From NCBI GenBank assembly GCA_021294815.2, contig CP095464.1:150001-182000 (forward strand): 32,000 bases of DNA, written 5' to 3'. Positions 1 through 8,449 of this stretch are shown one piece after another; position 1 is the first letter of the stretch; each line of letters begins with the position of its first letter. This stretch comes from Verrucomicrobiota bacterium (GTDB lineage: Bacteria > Verrucomicrobiota > Verrucomicrobiia > Opitutales > LL51). The position numbers were made by a program, and so were the translations under genes. Under the pieces are notes generated by a model. That model ran no database searches. It saw nothing but the letters and a program-made list of their open reading frames with translations, and was not told the DNA's origin.

Positions 1-1829
1 CGAAGCCCGTGATCCCCCACAAATGATCCACTTTGCTTGACGTGATCGCCTAAAATATGCCTGAGCGCTGCATGTAAAAGATGCGTCGCCGTGTGGTGGC
101 GCTGAATCTCTCGACGCCGTACAACATCGATATTTAAAGTGACTTCATCACCGACCAATAGCCCTTCTGCGTCCACAACCTTATGTAAGATATTGCCCTG
201 AGCATCCCGCAAAGCATCAATCACCGGTATCGTTTTGCCATTACATACTATTGTGCCGGTATCGCCAATTTCGCCCCCCATCTCGCCGTAAAACGGTGTG
301 CAATCCGTCATCACCAAAACACCCTCTTCCTGACGAATGATTTGCTGAATTTTTGCCGCAACACCCTCCATTTGCGTATATCCTACAAACTTCGTAGTCG
401 TTTCTGAACTTGTTTCCGAGACGGCAATTTTAGACTTTTTTTGCGCATTCCGTGCACGTTCGCGCTGCGCTTCCAACGCCTCTTGAAAACCGACTTCATC
501 GACGGCAAAACCACGCTCTTGTGCAATAAGCTGCGTTAAATCAAGCGGGAAACCATAGGTATCGTATAGCAAAAACGCATCGCTACCACGGATCATTTTC
601 GAATGAGTCTGTCCTAAACGTTCTTCCAGAAGTGCCATCCCACGGTGAAGTGTTTTCTCAAACATCGTCTCTTCCGTTGTGATCGTTTTGAGGACAATCT
701 CACGGCAAATAGAAAGTTCCGAAAAAACCGGCGACATCTTTTCGATTACACATTCCGCCAGTTGCGCAAAGCTTCCAACCGGCAAGTTGATCTTTTTGGC
801 GAAAATAACCGCACGGCGTAGAATCCGTCGCAAAACGTAGTGCCGCCCTTCGTTCCCGGGTAGAATACCATCGGCAATCGAAAACGTCAGCGCCCGGATA
901 TGATCCGCAATCACTCGATAAGCGAAATCGATTTTCTCCTGTTCCGACATCTTTTGACGGTCTTTAGCTACCATTCCATGATAGGTCGTTCCCGATAGCT
1001 GAGCAATTTTCTGAAAAATGTAATCAAATAGATCGCTGTCGTAGTTCGACGGTTTTTGAGAGAAATCCGTAAAATTCTTGGTCGTCTTAAAGATGCCGGC
1101 AACCCGCTCGAGGCCCATACCGGTATCAACGTTTTGCGCTGCAAGATCCGAAAATTCCCCGTTACCAAGCGCGTTGAATTGCATGAACACGAGATTCCAT
1201 ATTTCGATACAGAGTGGGGAATCGCGATTGACAAGTGTCCCACGTGTATCGCCCTCCGGCGTGAGATCCATGTGGATTTCCGAACAAGGACCACAGGGCC
1301 CCATATCGCCCATCATCCAAAAATTTTCCTTTTTCCCAAAGGAAAGAATGTGGATATCGGGATCGAGACCCTCTTGACGACAAATCGCTTCCCATTCGTC
1401 ATACGCTTCTTGATCGAAGCTTGCTGGCTCTCCAGGACCTGGCCGATAAACCGTTATGTAGAGTCGCTCTTTCGGAAATCCCCAACGGTGCGTCAATAAC
1501 TCCCATGCCCAGTGAATGGCGTCTTTTTTAAAATAATCCCCAAATGACCAATTCCCAAGCATCTCAAAAAACGTGTGATGGTAGGTATCAAAGCCAACAT
1601 CTTCGAGATCGTTATGCTTACCGCCGGCTCGGATGCATTTCTGCGTATCCGCTGCACGCTTATAGGGTCGAACGCGCTCGCCTAAAAAGATCGGAACGAA
1701 CTGGTTCATCCCCGCATTGGTGAACAACAAATTGGGTGACTCCGGGAGGAGCGATGAGGACGGTACAACTTGGTGGCCTTTGGAAGCGAAAAAATCTAAA
1801 AAGCTTTTTCGAATTTCGGCTGAATTCAT
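1..1829 (-). CDS. alaS: Alanyl-tRNA synthetase, N-terminal ~609 codons; the 3' end lies beyond the left window edge
   Basis: Absent from the ORF track because it has no stop codon in the window. My minus-strand translation from the ATG at 1829 reads MNSAEIRKSFLDFFASKGHQVVPSSSLLPESPNLLFTNAGMNQF...GGKHNDLEDVG...HHTFFEMLGNWSFGDYFK, which is the class II AlaRS core. Near position 100 it reads HHTATHLLHAALRHILGDHV, the editing-domain His motif. Both ends are in the same frame. The ATG overlaps the fabV stop (ATGA). Confidence 0.93.
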   Translation of the reverse strand, partial: MNSAEIRKSFLDFFASKGHQVVPSSSLLPESPNLLFTNAGMNQFVPIFLGERVRPYKRAADTQKCIRAGGKHNDLEDVGFDTYHHTFFEMLGNWSFGDYFKKDAIHWAWELLTHRWGFPKERLYITVYRPGPGEPASFDQEAYDEWEAICRQEGLDPDIHILSFGKKENFWMMGDMGPCGPCSEIHMDLTPEGDTRGTLVNRDSPLCIEIWNLVFMQFNALGNGEFSDLAAQNVDTGMGLERVAGIFKTTKNFTDFSQKPSNYDSDLFDYIFQKIAQLSGTTYHGMVAKDRQKMSEQEKIDFAYRVIADHIRALTFSIADGILPGNEGRHYVLRRILRRAVIFAKKINLPVGSFAQLAECVIEKMSPVFSELSICREIVLKTITTEETMFEKTLHRGMALLEERLGQTHSKMIRGSDAFLLYDTYGFPLDLTQLIAQERGFAVDEVGFQEALEAQRERARNAQKKSKIAVSETSSETTTKFVGYTQMEGVAAKIQQIIRQEEGVLVMTDCTPFYGEMGGEIGDTGTIVCNGKTIPVIDALRDAQGNILHKVVDAEGLLVGDEVTLNIDVVRRREIQRHHTATHLLHAALRHILGDHVKQSGSFVGDHGL

Positions 1830-2986
1830 CCTAATGTTACCTCCTGCTCGTAATCGACGCCATCTAGGCCAAAACCAAAAAGCCGAAGAAATTCTTTGGT
1901 ATAATCCCCATAGTTTGTTAGCTCTTTGAGATTTTCCGTCGTAATCTGGGGCCAAATTGATTCGACTTCTGCTTGTACATCTGGCTGTAATTCGCGGTCA
2001 TCCATACGAACACGTCCGAGCTCGTCTCGTTGTTGCTTGAATTGCGAGGCAAACAAACGATACATCTGCTCGATACAGCCCTCATGGAGATTTTTTTGCT
2101 TCATGACCTTGAACAATACAGAAAGATACAACGGCACTACCGGGATCGCAGAACTCGCCTGCGTCACAACCGCTTTATTAACGGAAATTGCTGCACGACC
2201 ACCAATCGCTTCGAGCTTTTTGTTTAAAACACCTGCTGTTCGCGTAAGATCCTCTTTGGCCTTCCCAATCGTGCCCTGTGCATAAATCGGCCATGTTACC
2301 TTCGGCCCAAGATAGGAATAAGCATAGGTTTGCACACCTTTTGCGAGAACACCGGCAGAAAGCATCTGATCGATCCAGCGCTCCCAATCCTCTCCGCCCA
2401 TCACCTTACAGGTCGCCGCAATTTCTTCATCGTTCGCGGGCGAAAGCACGATTTCATGGACTTCGCCGGTATCTGTATTGACCGTTTTACTCCGAAATTC
2501 TTCACCAACGGGCTTGAGAACCGATTTGTACACTGCTCCTGTTTCGGGATCGGTACGCCGCGGCGACGCCAAGCTATAAATGACTAGGTCGACCTGCCCC
2601 AGTTTTTGCTGAATACGTTGAATGGTCTCTTGTTTGATCGCATTCGAAAAAGCATCGCCATTGATACTTTCCGAAATGCGTCCAGCTTGGTGAGCAAATT
2701 CATCGAAAGCACGCGCATTATAAAAGCCCGCGGAAGCCGGCTTTCCGTCGATCTCGGGACGCTCGAAATACACACCAATCGTATCCGCTTGGTAGCCAAA
2801 TGCGGCTACAATCCGACTGGCAAGTCCATAACCTGTGGAAGAACCTATGACCAATACTCGCTTCGGCGCTCCGGCAATCACACCTTGTTGCTGGACATAG
2901 GCAATTTGCTCGGCGACGTTTTGCCGACACCCCTCAGGATGAGCCGTGATACAAATAAAACCGCGAATCTTGGGCTTAATGATCAT
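1826..2986 (-). CDS. fabV: Enoyl-ACP reductase FabV / trans-2-enoyl-CoA reductase family
   Basis: N-terminus MIIKPKIRGFICITAHPEGC, the GSSTGYGLA nucleotide-binding motif and a ~386 aa length are typical of FabV/TER. The ORF-track start at 3022 adds 12 residues and overlaps the upstream gene. The ATG at 2986 gives the canonical N-terminus. Confidence 0.9.
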   Translation of the reverse strand: MIIKPKIRGFICITAHPEGCRQNVAEQIAYVQQQGVIAGAPKRVLVIGSSTGYGLASRIVAAFGYQADTIGVYFERPEIDGKPASAGFYNARAFDEFAHQAGRISESINGDAFSNAIKQETIQRIQQKLGQVDLVIYSLASPRRTDPETGAVYKSVLKPVGEEFRSKTVNTDTGEVHEIVLSPANDEEIAATCKVMGGEDWERWIDQMLSAGVLAKGVQTYAYSYLGPKVTWPIYAQGTIGKAKEDLTRTAGVLNKKLEAIGGRAAISVNKAVVTQASSAIPVVPLYLSVLFKVMKQKNLHEGCIEQMYRLFASQFKQQRDELGRVRMDDRELQPDVQAEVESIWPQITTENLKELTNYGDYTKEFLRLFGFGLDGVDYEQEVTLG

Positions 2987-2990
2987 GCGC

Positions 2991-3980
2991 TCACGGTGTA
3001 ACCAAATCCGCGCACGATTCAAATTTATTTTCGTTATGCAGCTCCTGGGCAGTTACCGTTGCCGTCCCCATTTTGCCGACTACAATTCCCGCAGCGATAT
3101 TTGCAAAATACGCGGCCGTTTCTATGGACTCGCCCGCAGCATATGCGGCCGTTAAGACAGCAATGGAAGTATCGCCCGCTCCGGAAACATCAAATACCTC
3201 ACGCGCACGACTGGGAACTTTTTGCATCATACCGTTAGATTGTGCTACAAGCATCCCCTCTCTTCCGAGCGTGACCACAAGATTTTTGGGGTGGAAGTTC
3301 TGAAACAAAGCCTCACAAAGTGCGCCATGAGGTATGTCTTGGAGCGATAATAACGCCAGTGCTTCGCTATAATTCGGCTTCAAGATATCAACATCGTGAT
3401 AAATAACGTGATTTTTGGGTTTCGGGTCCACTGCAACAATTTTTCCACTGTCGTGAGCCTGAGCAACGAGCTCATCAAACAGCGACTGAGTCACCACGCC
3501 TTTCGCGTAGTCAGACATAATCACTGCGTCATAACGCTTCCAATCGATTGTGATCGGTAGTTTCGGCGCATATCGCATCGGAGGATCTTCGACATCGAGA
3601 CGGCAAAGCTGTTGATTGCGGACAACGACACGTGTTTTTAAAATCGTTCGCGCTTCCGTCATGGTAGGCACACGCAACAGCGGAATTTCATATTGTTCTA
3701 AAAGCCATTGTGCGTGTTGGCCATAACGATCGTTGCCTAAAACTCCCAAAAGATCAACCGAAACACCCAGTGAATGTAGATTCAGAGCAACATTGGCAGC
3801 CGCACCCAGTGTTGCGGTCTCGCGACCAACTTCGACAACTGGGACAGGTGCTTCGGGTGAAATCCGTTGTGCATCACCAAAAATATAGCGATCGAGCATA
3901 ATATCGCCCACTACGAGGATGCGTAGCCGTGCCATCGCTTTGAGTATGCGCTCTAAAGAATTTTCTGGAATTTGGATCAT
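2991..3980 (-). CDS. hldA: D-glycero-beta-D-manno-heptose-7-phosphate kinase (RfaE/HldE domain I only, PfkB family)
   Basis: RILVVGDIMLDRYIFGDAQRISPEAPVPVV, GAAANVA and DVSGAGDT...AAGIVVGKMGTATV align along the full length with the kinase half of E. coli HldE. No adenylyltransferase domain is attached. Confidence 0.85.
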   Translation of the reverse strand: MIQIPENSLERILKAMARLRILVVGDIMLDRYIFGDAQRISPEAPVPVVEVGRETATLGAAANVALNLHSLGVSVDLLGVLGNDRYGQHAQWLLEQYEIPLLRVPTMTEARTILKTRVVVRNQQLCRLDVEDPPMRYAPKLPITIDWKRYDAVIMSDYAKGVVTQSLFDELVAQAHDSGKIVAVDPKPKNHVIYHDVDILKPNYSEALALLSLQDIPHGALCEALFQNFHPKNLVVTLGREGMLVAQSNGMMQKVPSRAREVFDVSGAGDTSIAVLTAAYAAGESIETAAYFANIAAGIVVGKMGTATVTAQELHNENKFESCADLVTP

Positions 3981-5245
3981 TTGTGGGTTTTTATAAGGTT
4001 GATAATGTATTGCGCCGTTTTTTCTGAAGCACCTAGGTTTTGATTGGCCCAGATTTTCAGATTGTTGGCGAGACTTTTACACGCTTCATCATCTTGTGCT
4101 AGTTCTACAAGTACGCGAATAGCTTCTGCGTGAGAAGAGACACGGATGGCGCCATGTACGGCTTCGATTTGTCGGCAAAGTTCGCGGAAATTTTCCATAT
4201 GGTTGCCGTAAACTAGTGCAACCCCCGCATGGGCCGCATCCAGTGGACTCTGCCCACCGAGATTTGGTTCCAAACTTTTACCGACAAAGGCAAGATCGGC
4301 AACTTGTGTTAGCCGTGCGAGCTCGCCGGTCGTATCCGCTAAGCAGACATCGATGCCTTGAACATCACCCTTAAAAACCCCGAATGAACGCTGGTGATAG
4401 GAGCAATTGGCCTGTACAATCTCCTTTAAAACATCTTCTCGCCGTTCTGCATGTCGAGGAACTAACAGGAGTCGATAATTTTGAGCTTTTAGATGCTTAA
4501 AAACTTCTAAGAGCATCGCTTCCTCGCCTGGCCATGTCGAACAGCCCAGTAAGATACGCGTATTTTTGGGAAACCCAAGTTCTTGCTTTAAAGCTTCTTT
4601 TTCAGCAGGTTCCATCGGCGATACCGCTCGGTCAAATTTCAAATTGCCGAACATGGCGATATTTTTCTCAAAGAACATCGCGATACGCTGCCGATTTTCT
4701 TCCGATGAGGCTACAATCGAAAAAACTTGATGAAAAAGTTTTTTAGCAATCCAGGGAACTTTTTGATAATGCTGAAACGAGCGGTCTGAGAGTCGCGCAT
4801 TCACTAAAATCGCGGGCACTTTATGCTGTCGCGCTTGATATAGATGTTCGGGCCACAATTCACTTTCCACTAAAATAATCGCATCCGGTTGAACACGTCG
4901 CCAGGCTAGTACACTAAAAAGCCAAAAGTCCCAGGGGAAATATCCATGCCACAAAAGGTAGGGCTCTAGTTGTTCTCGAATGATTTTCCGTGCCGTCGTC
5001 GTTGTGGTCGTTAGGACGATCTCAAAATCACGGTGTAATCGCTCCACGAGCGGTTTGATCGCATTCACTTCCCCAACACTTACCGCCTGAATCCATAGCC
5101 GAGGCCTTTTTTTGATCACATGCGGTAGGAAACCGAAACGATGACCTATGTCTTGCCAGTAACCACCGCGCCGCCACATCTTGGGGAGGTTTTTTAGTAA
5201 CAAAAGCGCTAAAGCCGGTAAAATGAATAGACGGTACAAAATCAT
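3977..5245 (-). CDS. waaA: 3-deoxy-D-manno-octulosonic acid (Kdo) transferase
   Basis: WIQAVSVGEV, ESELWPEHL, NARLSDRS, LVPRHAERR and DTTGEL...ADLAFVGKSL match the WaaA/KdtA family. I chose the ATG at 5245 (MILYRLFILPAL..., the membrane-anchor helix as in E. coli WaaA) rather than the TTG at 5296. It overlaps the heptose kinase start by 4 bp. Confidence 0.85.
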   Translation of the reverse strand: MILYRLFILPALALLLLKNLPKMWRRGGYWQDIGHRFGFLPHVIKKRPRLWIQAVSVGEVNAIKPLVERLHRDFEIVLTTTTTTARKIIREQLEPYLLWHGYFPWDFWLFSVLAWRRVQPDAIILVESELWPEHLYQARQHKVPAILVNARLSDRSFQHYQKVPWIAKKLFHQVFSIVASSEENRQRIAMFFEKNIAMFGNLKFDRAVSPMEPAEKEALKQELGFPKNTRILLGCSTWPGEEAMLLEVFKHLKAQNYRLLLVPRHAERREDVLKEIVQANCSYHQRSFGVFKGDVQGIDVCLADTTGELARLTQVADLAFVGKSLEPNLGGQSPLDAAHAGVALVYGNHMENFRELCRQIEAVHGAIRVSSHAEAIRVLVELAQDDEACKSLANNLKIWANQNLGASEKTAQYIINLIKTHK

Positions 5246-5336
5246 CACCCATATCAGACCATGCGCATCTCCCCGCAAGCGCAACCTTATTCGCAATTCG
5301 TCTTGCCTTTCGAAGCACGACTGCTAGCGTTCGCGT

Positions 5337-5894
5337 ATGGCGTCGCCAACCGATATTCGTAAAGGGAAAGTCATTATGTATCAGGGTGTACCGCACCTCG
5401 TCCTCGAGATGATGCACCGCATGCAGGGGCGCCAGGCCGGCTTTGTACAGACAACGTTACGGAATCTCGCCACCGGAGCATCGACTACGGTCAAATTTCG
5501 CAGTACGGAAAATGTCGAATTTTGCCACGTCGCGACTGAGACCTACGAATATTCTTACGAGGATCCACAAGGAGTGCATTTTATGAGTCCGGAAACTTTT
5601 GAAGATACGGTTTTACCGGCATCTTTAATTGAGGACCAGAAGAAGTATCTTGTTCCAGCACACGAGTACGACCTATTATTTGTGGATGGGAAAGCGATGG
5701 AGGTTCGCCTACCGTCTTCGGTGGATATGAAAGTCGTTGATGCACCCGAAGGGGTCCGTGGAGATACTGCTTCGAACGTCCAGAAACCCGCGACGACCGA
5801 GAGTGGACTAACGCTTCAGGTTCCGCTTTTTATTAAGGAAGGCGACATCATCCGGGTGAGTACCGATACGGGGAAATATCTCGGGCGCGCTTAA
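5337..5894 (+). CDS. efp: Translation elongation factor P
   Basis: 185 aa, colinear with E. coli EF-P: IRKGKVIMYQG..., GDTASNVQKPATTESG, VPLFIKEGDIIRVSTDTGKYLGRA. The loop-tip residue equivalent to E. coli K34 is Arg (QGRQAG). Confidence 0.93.
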   Translation: MASPTDIRKGKVIMYQGVPHLVLEMMHRMQGRQAGFVQTTLRNLATGASTTVKFRSTENVEFCHVATETYEYSYEDPQGVHFMSPETFEDTVLPASLIEDQKKYLVPAHEYDLLFVDGKAMEVRLPSSVDMKVVDAPEGVRGDTASNVQKPATTESGLTLQVPLFIKEGDIIRVSTDTGKYLGRA

Positions 5895-6592
5895 TTTTTC
5901 ATGACGAATTCCTGCCGGGTATAAACGGTTTGATTTTCTGCTAAAATACCTCCGAAAACGGTTCCGACGGAAACGATGGCGTTTTTGCCCAAAAGTGTTC
6001 CCGGAAGAAGGACGGCATTGCAGCCGACTTGAGCATGATCGCCTAAAATGGCCCCGAACTTTCTCAATCCGGTGTGTGTATTTGGCTTTATTACTACCTC
6101 TTGTTGATCAAAGCGCAGGTTCGATAAAATGGTCCCTGCCGAGAGATGGGCATAATTCCCCAAAATTGAATCGCCAACATAGTTAAAATGCGCCACCTGG
6201 ACGTAATCCATTAGAAGTGCATTTTTCACCTCACAGCTATTGCCAATAAGGCAGTGCTCGCCGATGATCACATTTTTACGAATCAATGCCCCACCCCGAA
6301 TCTCTGTATAGTCTCCGATATAAACATTATCTTCAATCGTACACACCTGCGGTAATTGAACGTTTTTACCAATATAGACATTTTTCCCAATTGAGCGGCC
6401 GTTTGTAATCCCACAGTACTTTTGCCAGAAGGATTTTTTTTCAAGAAAAGTCTTCCCTTTATGGGTCTCGCGATAGGCAATAAGCGCAGTTTCGATGTTT
6501 TTAATCCAGTCCCACGGCGCTGTATTTTTTGGGAAAAAGTGTACAAAAGCCGATAAGCTCTTGGGTAACGAAAAAAATGTTTCCGCTTCCAT
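5891..6592 (-). CDS. Stand-alone left-handed beta-helix (hexapeptide-repeat) protein, GlmU C-terminal-like putative acyl/acetyltransferase
   Basis: Repeated [LIV]-G-x-x-x-x hexads, for example IGKNVYIGKNVQL, VYIGDYTEIRGGALIRKNVIIGEHCLIGNSCEV, VGDSILGNYAHLSAGT and LGDHAQVGCNAVLLPGTLLGKNAIV. They follow a ~70-aa non-repeat N-terminal region. No nucleotidyltransferase domain is present. Confidence 0.6.
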   Translation of the reverse strand: MEAETFFSLPKSLSAFVHFFPKNTAPWDWIKNIETALIAYRETHKGKTFLEKKSFWQKYCGITNGRSIGKNVYIGKNVQLPQVCTIEDNVYIGDYTEIRGGALIRKNVIIGEHCLIGNSCEVKNALLMDYVQVAHFNYVGDSILGNYAHLSAGTILSNLRFDQQEVVIKPNTHTGLRKFGAILGDHAQVGCNAVLLPGTLLGKNAIVSVGTVFGGILAENQTVYTRQEFVMKN

Positions 6593-6630
6593 AAAAAGGG
6601 CATCGTTTCAACTCCAGTGGAAAGTGCAAG

Positions 6631-7524
6631 TTATTTGCGAAAGCGTACAACGGCATCCTTTTCATAGGTCAGATCGATCCGGTGGACTGGTAATCGCGTG
6701 CGGACATCGGGGGTATTAAGGATAAAACTCAGGCGCTGGAGTTGCTCGTCAAAATCGGTGTCTTTAAAAATCACAAGTGCCGCATCTTGACAGCGAACCT
6801 TGATCCGTGACCACGGTACAGAATGCTTTTTGAGGTTTTCGATCATGACCACTTCCATTTGCGCGTAAATCGGCCAATATTTGGTCTTCGCGAGTAAAAG
6901 TAGCTCACAGACTTTTTTTAAATGAGGAACTTTTTTATAAGCTTTCCCTTCTTTCATCAAAATCGTTCCCGCTAAAAATGGCATCATTCGACGTTCCCAG
7001 GGCGATAAGCAAACGCCCGTAAAAACGGTCCCCTCCGCATCGATCAGCATCTCCTTCTTTTTCGCTCCCTCTTGGACAAGTAGCCGTAAGATGGGTTTGC
7101 GTTCGGCAATCGTAACCTGAATTTTATCCGGAAATACCCGAGAAACGGTGACGAACTTAACTTGTGGGCACTGCGTCATCTTCCTCTGAATCGACTCAAT
7201 GTCCAGGTCCATGATGTCTGTCCCTTTTTTAAACGAAAGATAGGGTCGCGCCCAAGTTGCGGTTAAATAACCATCGGTTTGAAAAATGACCTGATGGACG
7301 GGCTGCGCTAGAAGCGCCTTTTGAAGGTTTGGGAGATTTCGCTGGAGCCAAAAGACACCATAGATTCCAGAAAAAACCGATAAAAGAACCGCAATGGCGA
7401 GAACTATCTTCTTAACGGGCCATCGCCGATTTTGTTTCGGCGCCGTCTTCCATCGTGTTGGATCAATACGTGCCAACGGAGGATTCCTCTTTTGTCGGAG
7501 AAACATAGAGACACTCTGCATCAC
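6631..7524 (-). CDS. ftsQ: Cell division protein FtsQ-like (bitopic, POTRA domain)
   Basis: Basic cytoplasmic N-terminus, then one TM helix (IVLAIAVLLSVFSGIYGVFWL), then a POTRA-like segment (IQRKMTQCPQVKFVTVSRVFPDKIQVTIAERKPILRL). It sits immediately downstream of ddl, as in dcw clusters. The start is uncertain because the ORF overlaps the ddl 3' end by ~60 nt. Confidence 0.7.
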   Translation of the reverse strand: MMQSVSMFLRQKRNPPLARIDPTRWKTAPKQNRRWPVKKIVLAIAVLLSVFSGIYGVFWLQRNLPNLQKALLAQPVHQVIFQTDGYLTATWARPYLSFKKGTDIMDLDIESIQRKMTQCPQVKFVTVSRVFPDKIQVTIAERKPILRLLVQEGAKKKEMLIDAEGTVFTGVCLSPWERRMMPFLAGTILMKEGKAYKKVPHLKKVCELLLLAKTKYWPIYAQMEVVMIENLKKHSVPWSRIKVRCQDAALVIFKDTDFDEQLQRLSFILNTPDVRTRLPVHRIDLTYEKDAVVRFRK

Positions 7525-8407
7525 GAATGATAGCGGCCTCGACCATCTGCTGACAAAGGTCCGCGTAGGTCATCCCTCGTGCGGCAGCTGCCTTCGGTAA
7601 CAAACTCGTCGCCGTCATACCGGGAATGGTATTGATTTCGAGGAAATAAAATCCATGGGCGTCGAGCAAAAAATCTACCCGCGCGAAGTCGCGACATCCA
7701 CAGCGATGGAACATAATTTCCGCAACCCGCTGCATTTGAGCAGTCATCGCATCATCAATTGGCGCCGGAACAAGATACTCCGTCATCCCTGAGATATACT
7801 TATGTCGATAATCATAGAACCCATCTTTCGGACAAATCTTAATCAATGGTAGAGCCTTACCGCCGAGTAATCCTGCTGTAATTTCAGCACCCTCGATACA
7901 ACGCTCCGCAAACCAGATACCCGTTTGAAAATTTTGGACGCTAAAGTCCTCTGGATGACGAATCTTGGTCACACCTACGCTACTTCCCTTATTATCGGGC
8001 TTCATCACGAACGGTTTTTGCTGGAAAAACTTAAAAAGCTCTTCGAAACTCTGCCCTTGATAAGGGATATATTCTGGTGTGGGAATATCGAGCTGTTGTG
8101 CAATTTGCTTTGTCGCGATCTTGTCCATACAGAGACGACTCGCGGCAGCATCACTCCCGGCATACGACAAATGGCGCGCCTCAAGAAGGTCCTGAAGACC
8201 GCCGTCCTCCATAAACTCTCCGTGTCCTAAGGGCAATACCACATACTTTTCTGGCGTCAGCAATTCTGGCAATCGATCCTCATCGAGCTCAAATAGCTCC
8301 GTCGGGAAACAATCTTTGAGGGCCTCATAGGCACTCCGACCACTGCACAGGGACACCGCACGTTCCGAAGAACTCCCTCCCCCGCACAAAATTGCAACTT
8401 TTTTCAT
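7463..8407 (-). CDS. ddl: D-alanine--D-alanine ligase
   Basis: MKKVAILCGGGSSSERAVSLCSG, HGEFMEDGGLQDLLE, KPDNKGSSVGV and RVDFLLD...FYFLEINTIPGMT are ATP-grasp Ddl signatures. Confidence 0.92.
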   Translation of the reverse strand: MKKVAILCGGGSSSERAVSLCSGRSAYEALKDCFPTELFELDEDRLPELLTPEKYVVLPLGHGEFMEDGGLQDLLEARHLSYAGSDAAASRLCMDKIATKQIAQQLDIPTPEYIPYQGQSFEELFKFFQQKPFVMKPDNKGSSVGVTKIRHPEDFSVQNFQTGIWFAERCIEGAEITAGLLGGKALPLIKICPKDGFYDYRHKYISGMTEYLVPAPIDDAMTAQMQRVAEIMFHRCGCRDFARVDFLLDAHGFYFLEINTIPGMTATSLLPKAAAARGMTYADLCQQMVEAAIIRDAECLYVSPTKEESSVGTY

Positions 8408-8416
8408 GTTTTACCC

Positions 8417-8445
8417 TATTTACGAAGACTGTTACAATTTGGCAA
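8417..8445 (-). promoter_or_regulatory. Candidate sigma70-type promoter upstream of ddl
   Basis: The minus strand reads TTGCCA-N17-TAAATA in the 42-nt gap between the RNase gene and ddl. The -10 element ends only 9 nt before the ddl ATG, implying a very short leader. Sequence match only. Confidence 0.3.
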
Positions 8446-8449
8446 TGTT

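Noticed and set aside
968-1499. Four ORF-track ORFs (77-147 aa, both strands) in the region where no long ORF is listed
   Set aside because: All lie inside the alaS coding frame, which I translated continuously from 1829 to the window edge. alaS is missing from the track only because it has no stop in the window. The short ORFs have no recognisable features.
5303-5336. Possible efp promoter TTGCCT-N16-TAGCGT ending 6 nt before the ATG (leaderless-type spacing)
   Set aside because: The -10 hexamer is weak, with only the TAnnnT positions matching. It is not strong enough to call as a feature.
5028-5417. 129-aa minus-strand ORF spanning the waaA 5' end and the efp start
   Set aside because: It overlaps two well-supported genes out of frame and has no motifs.
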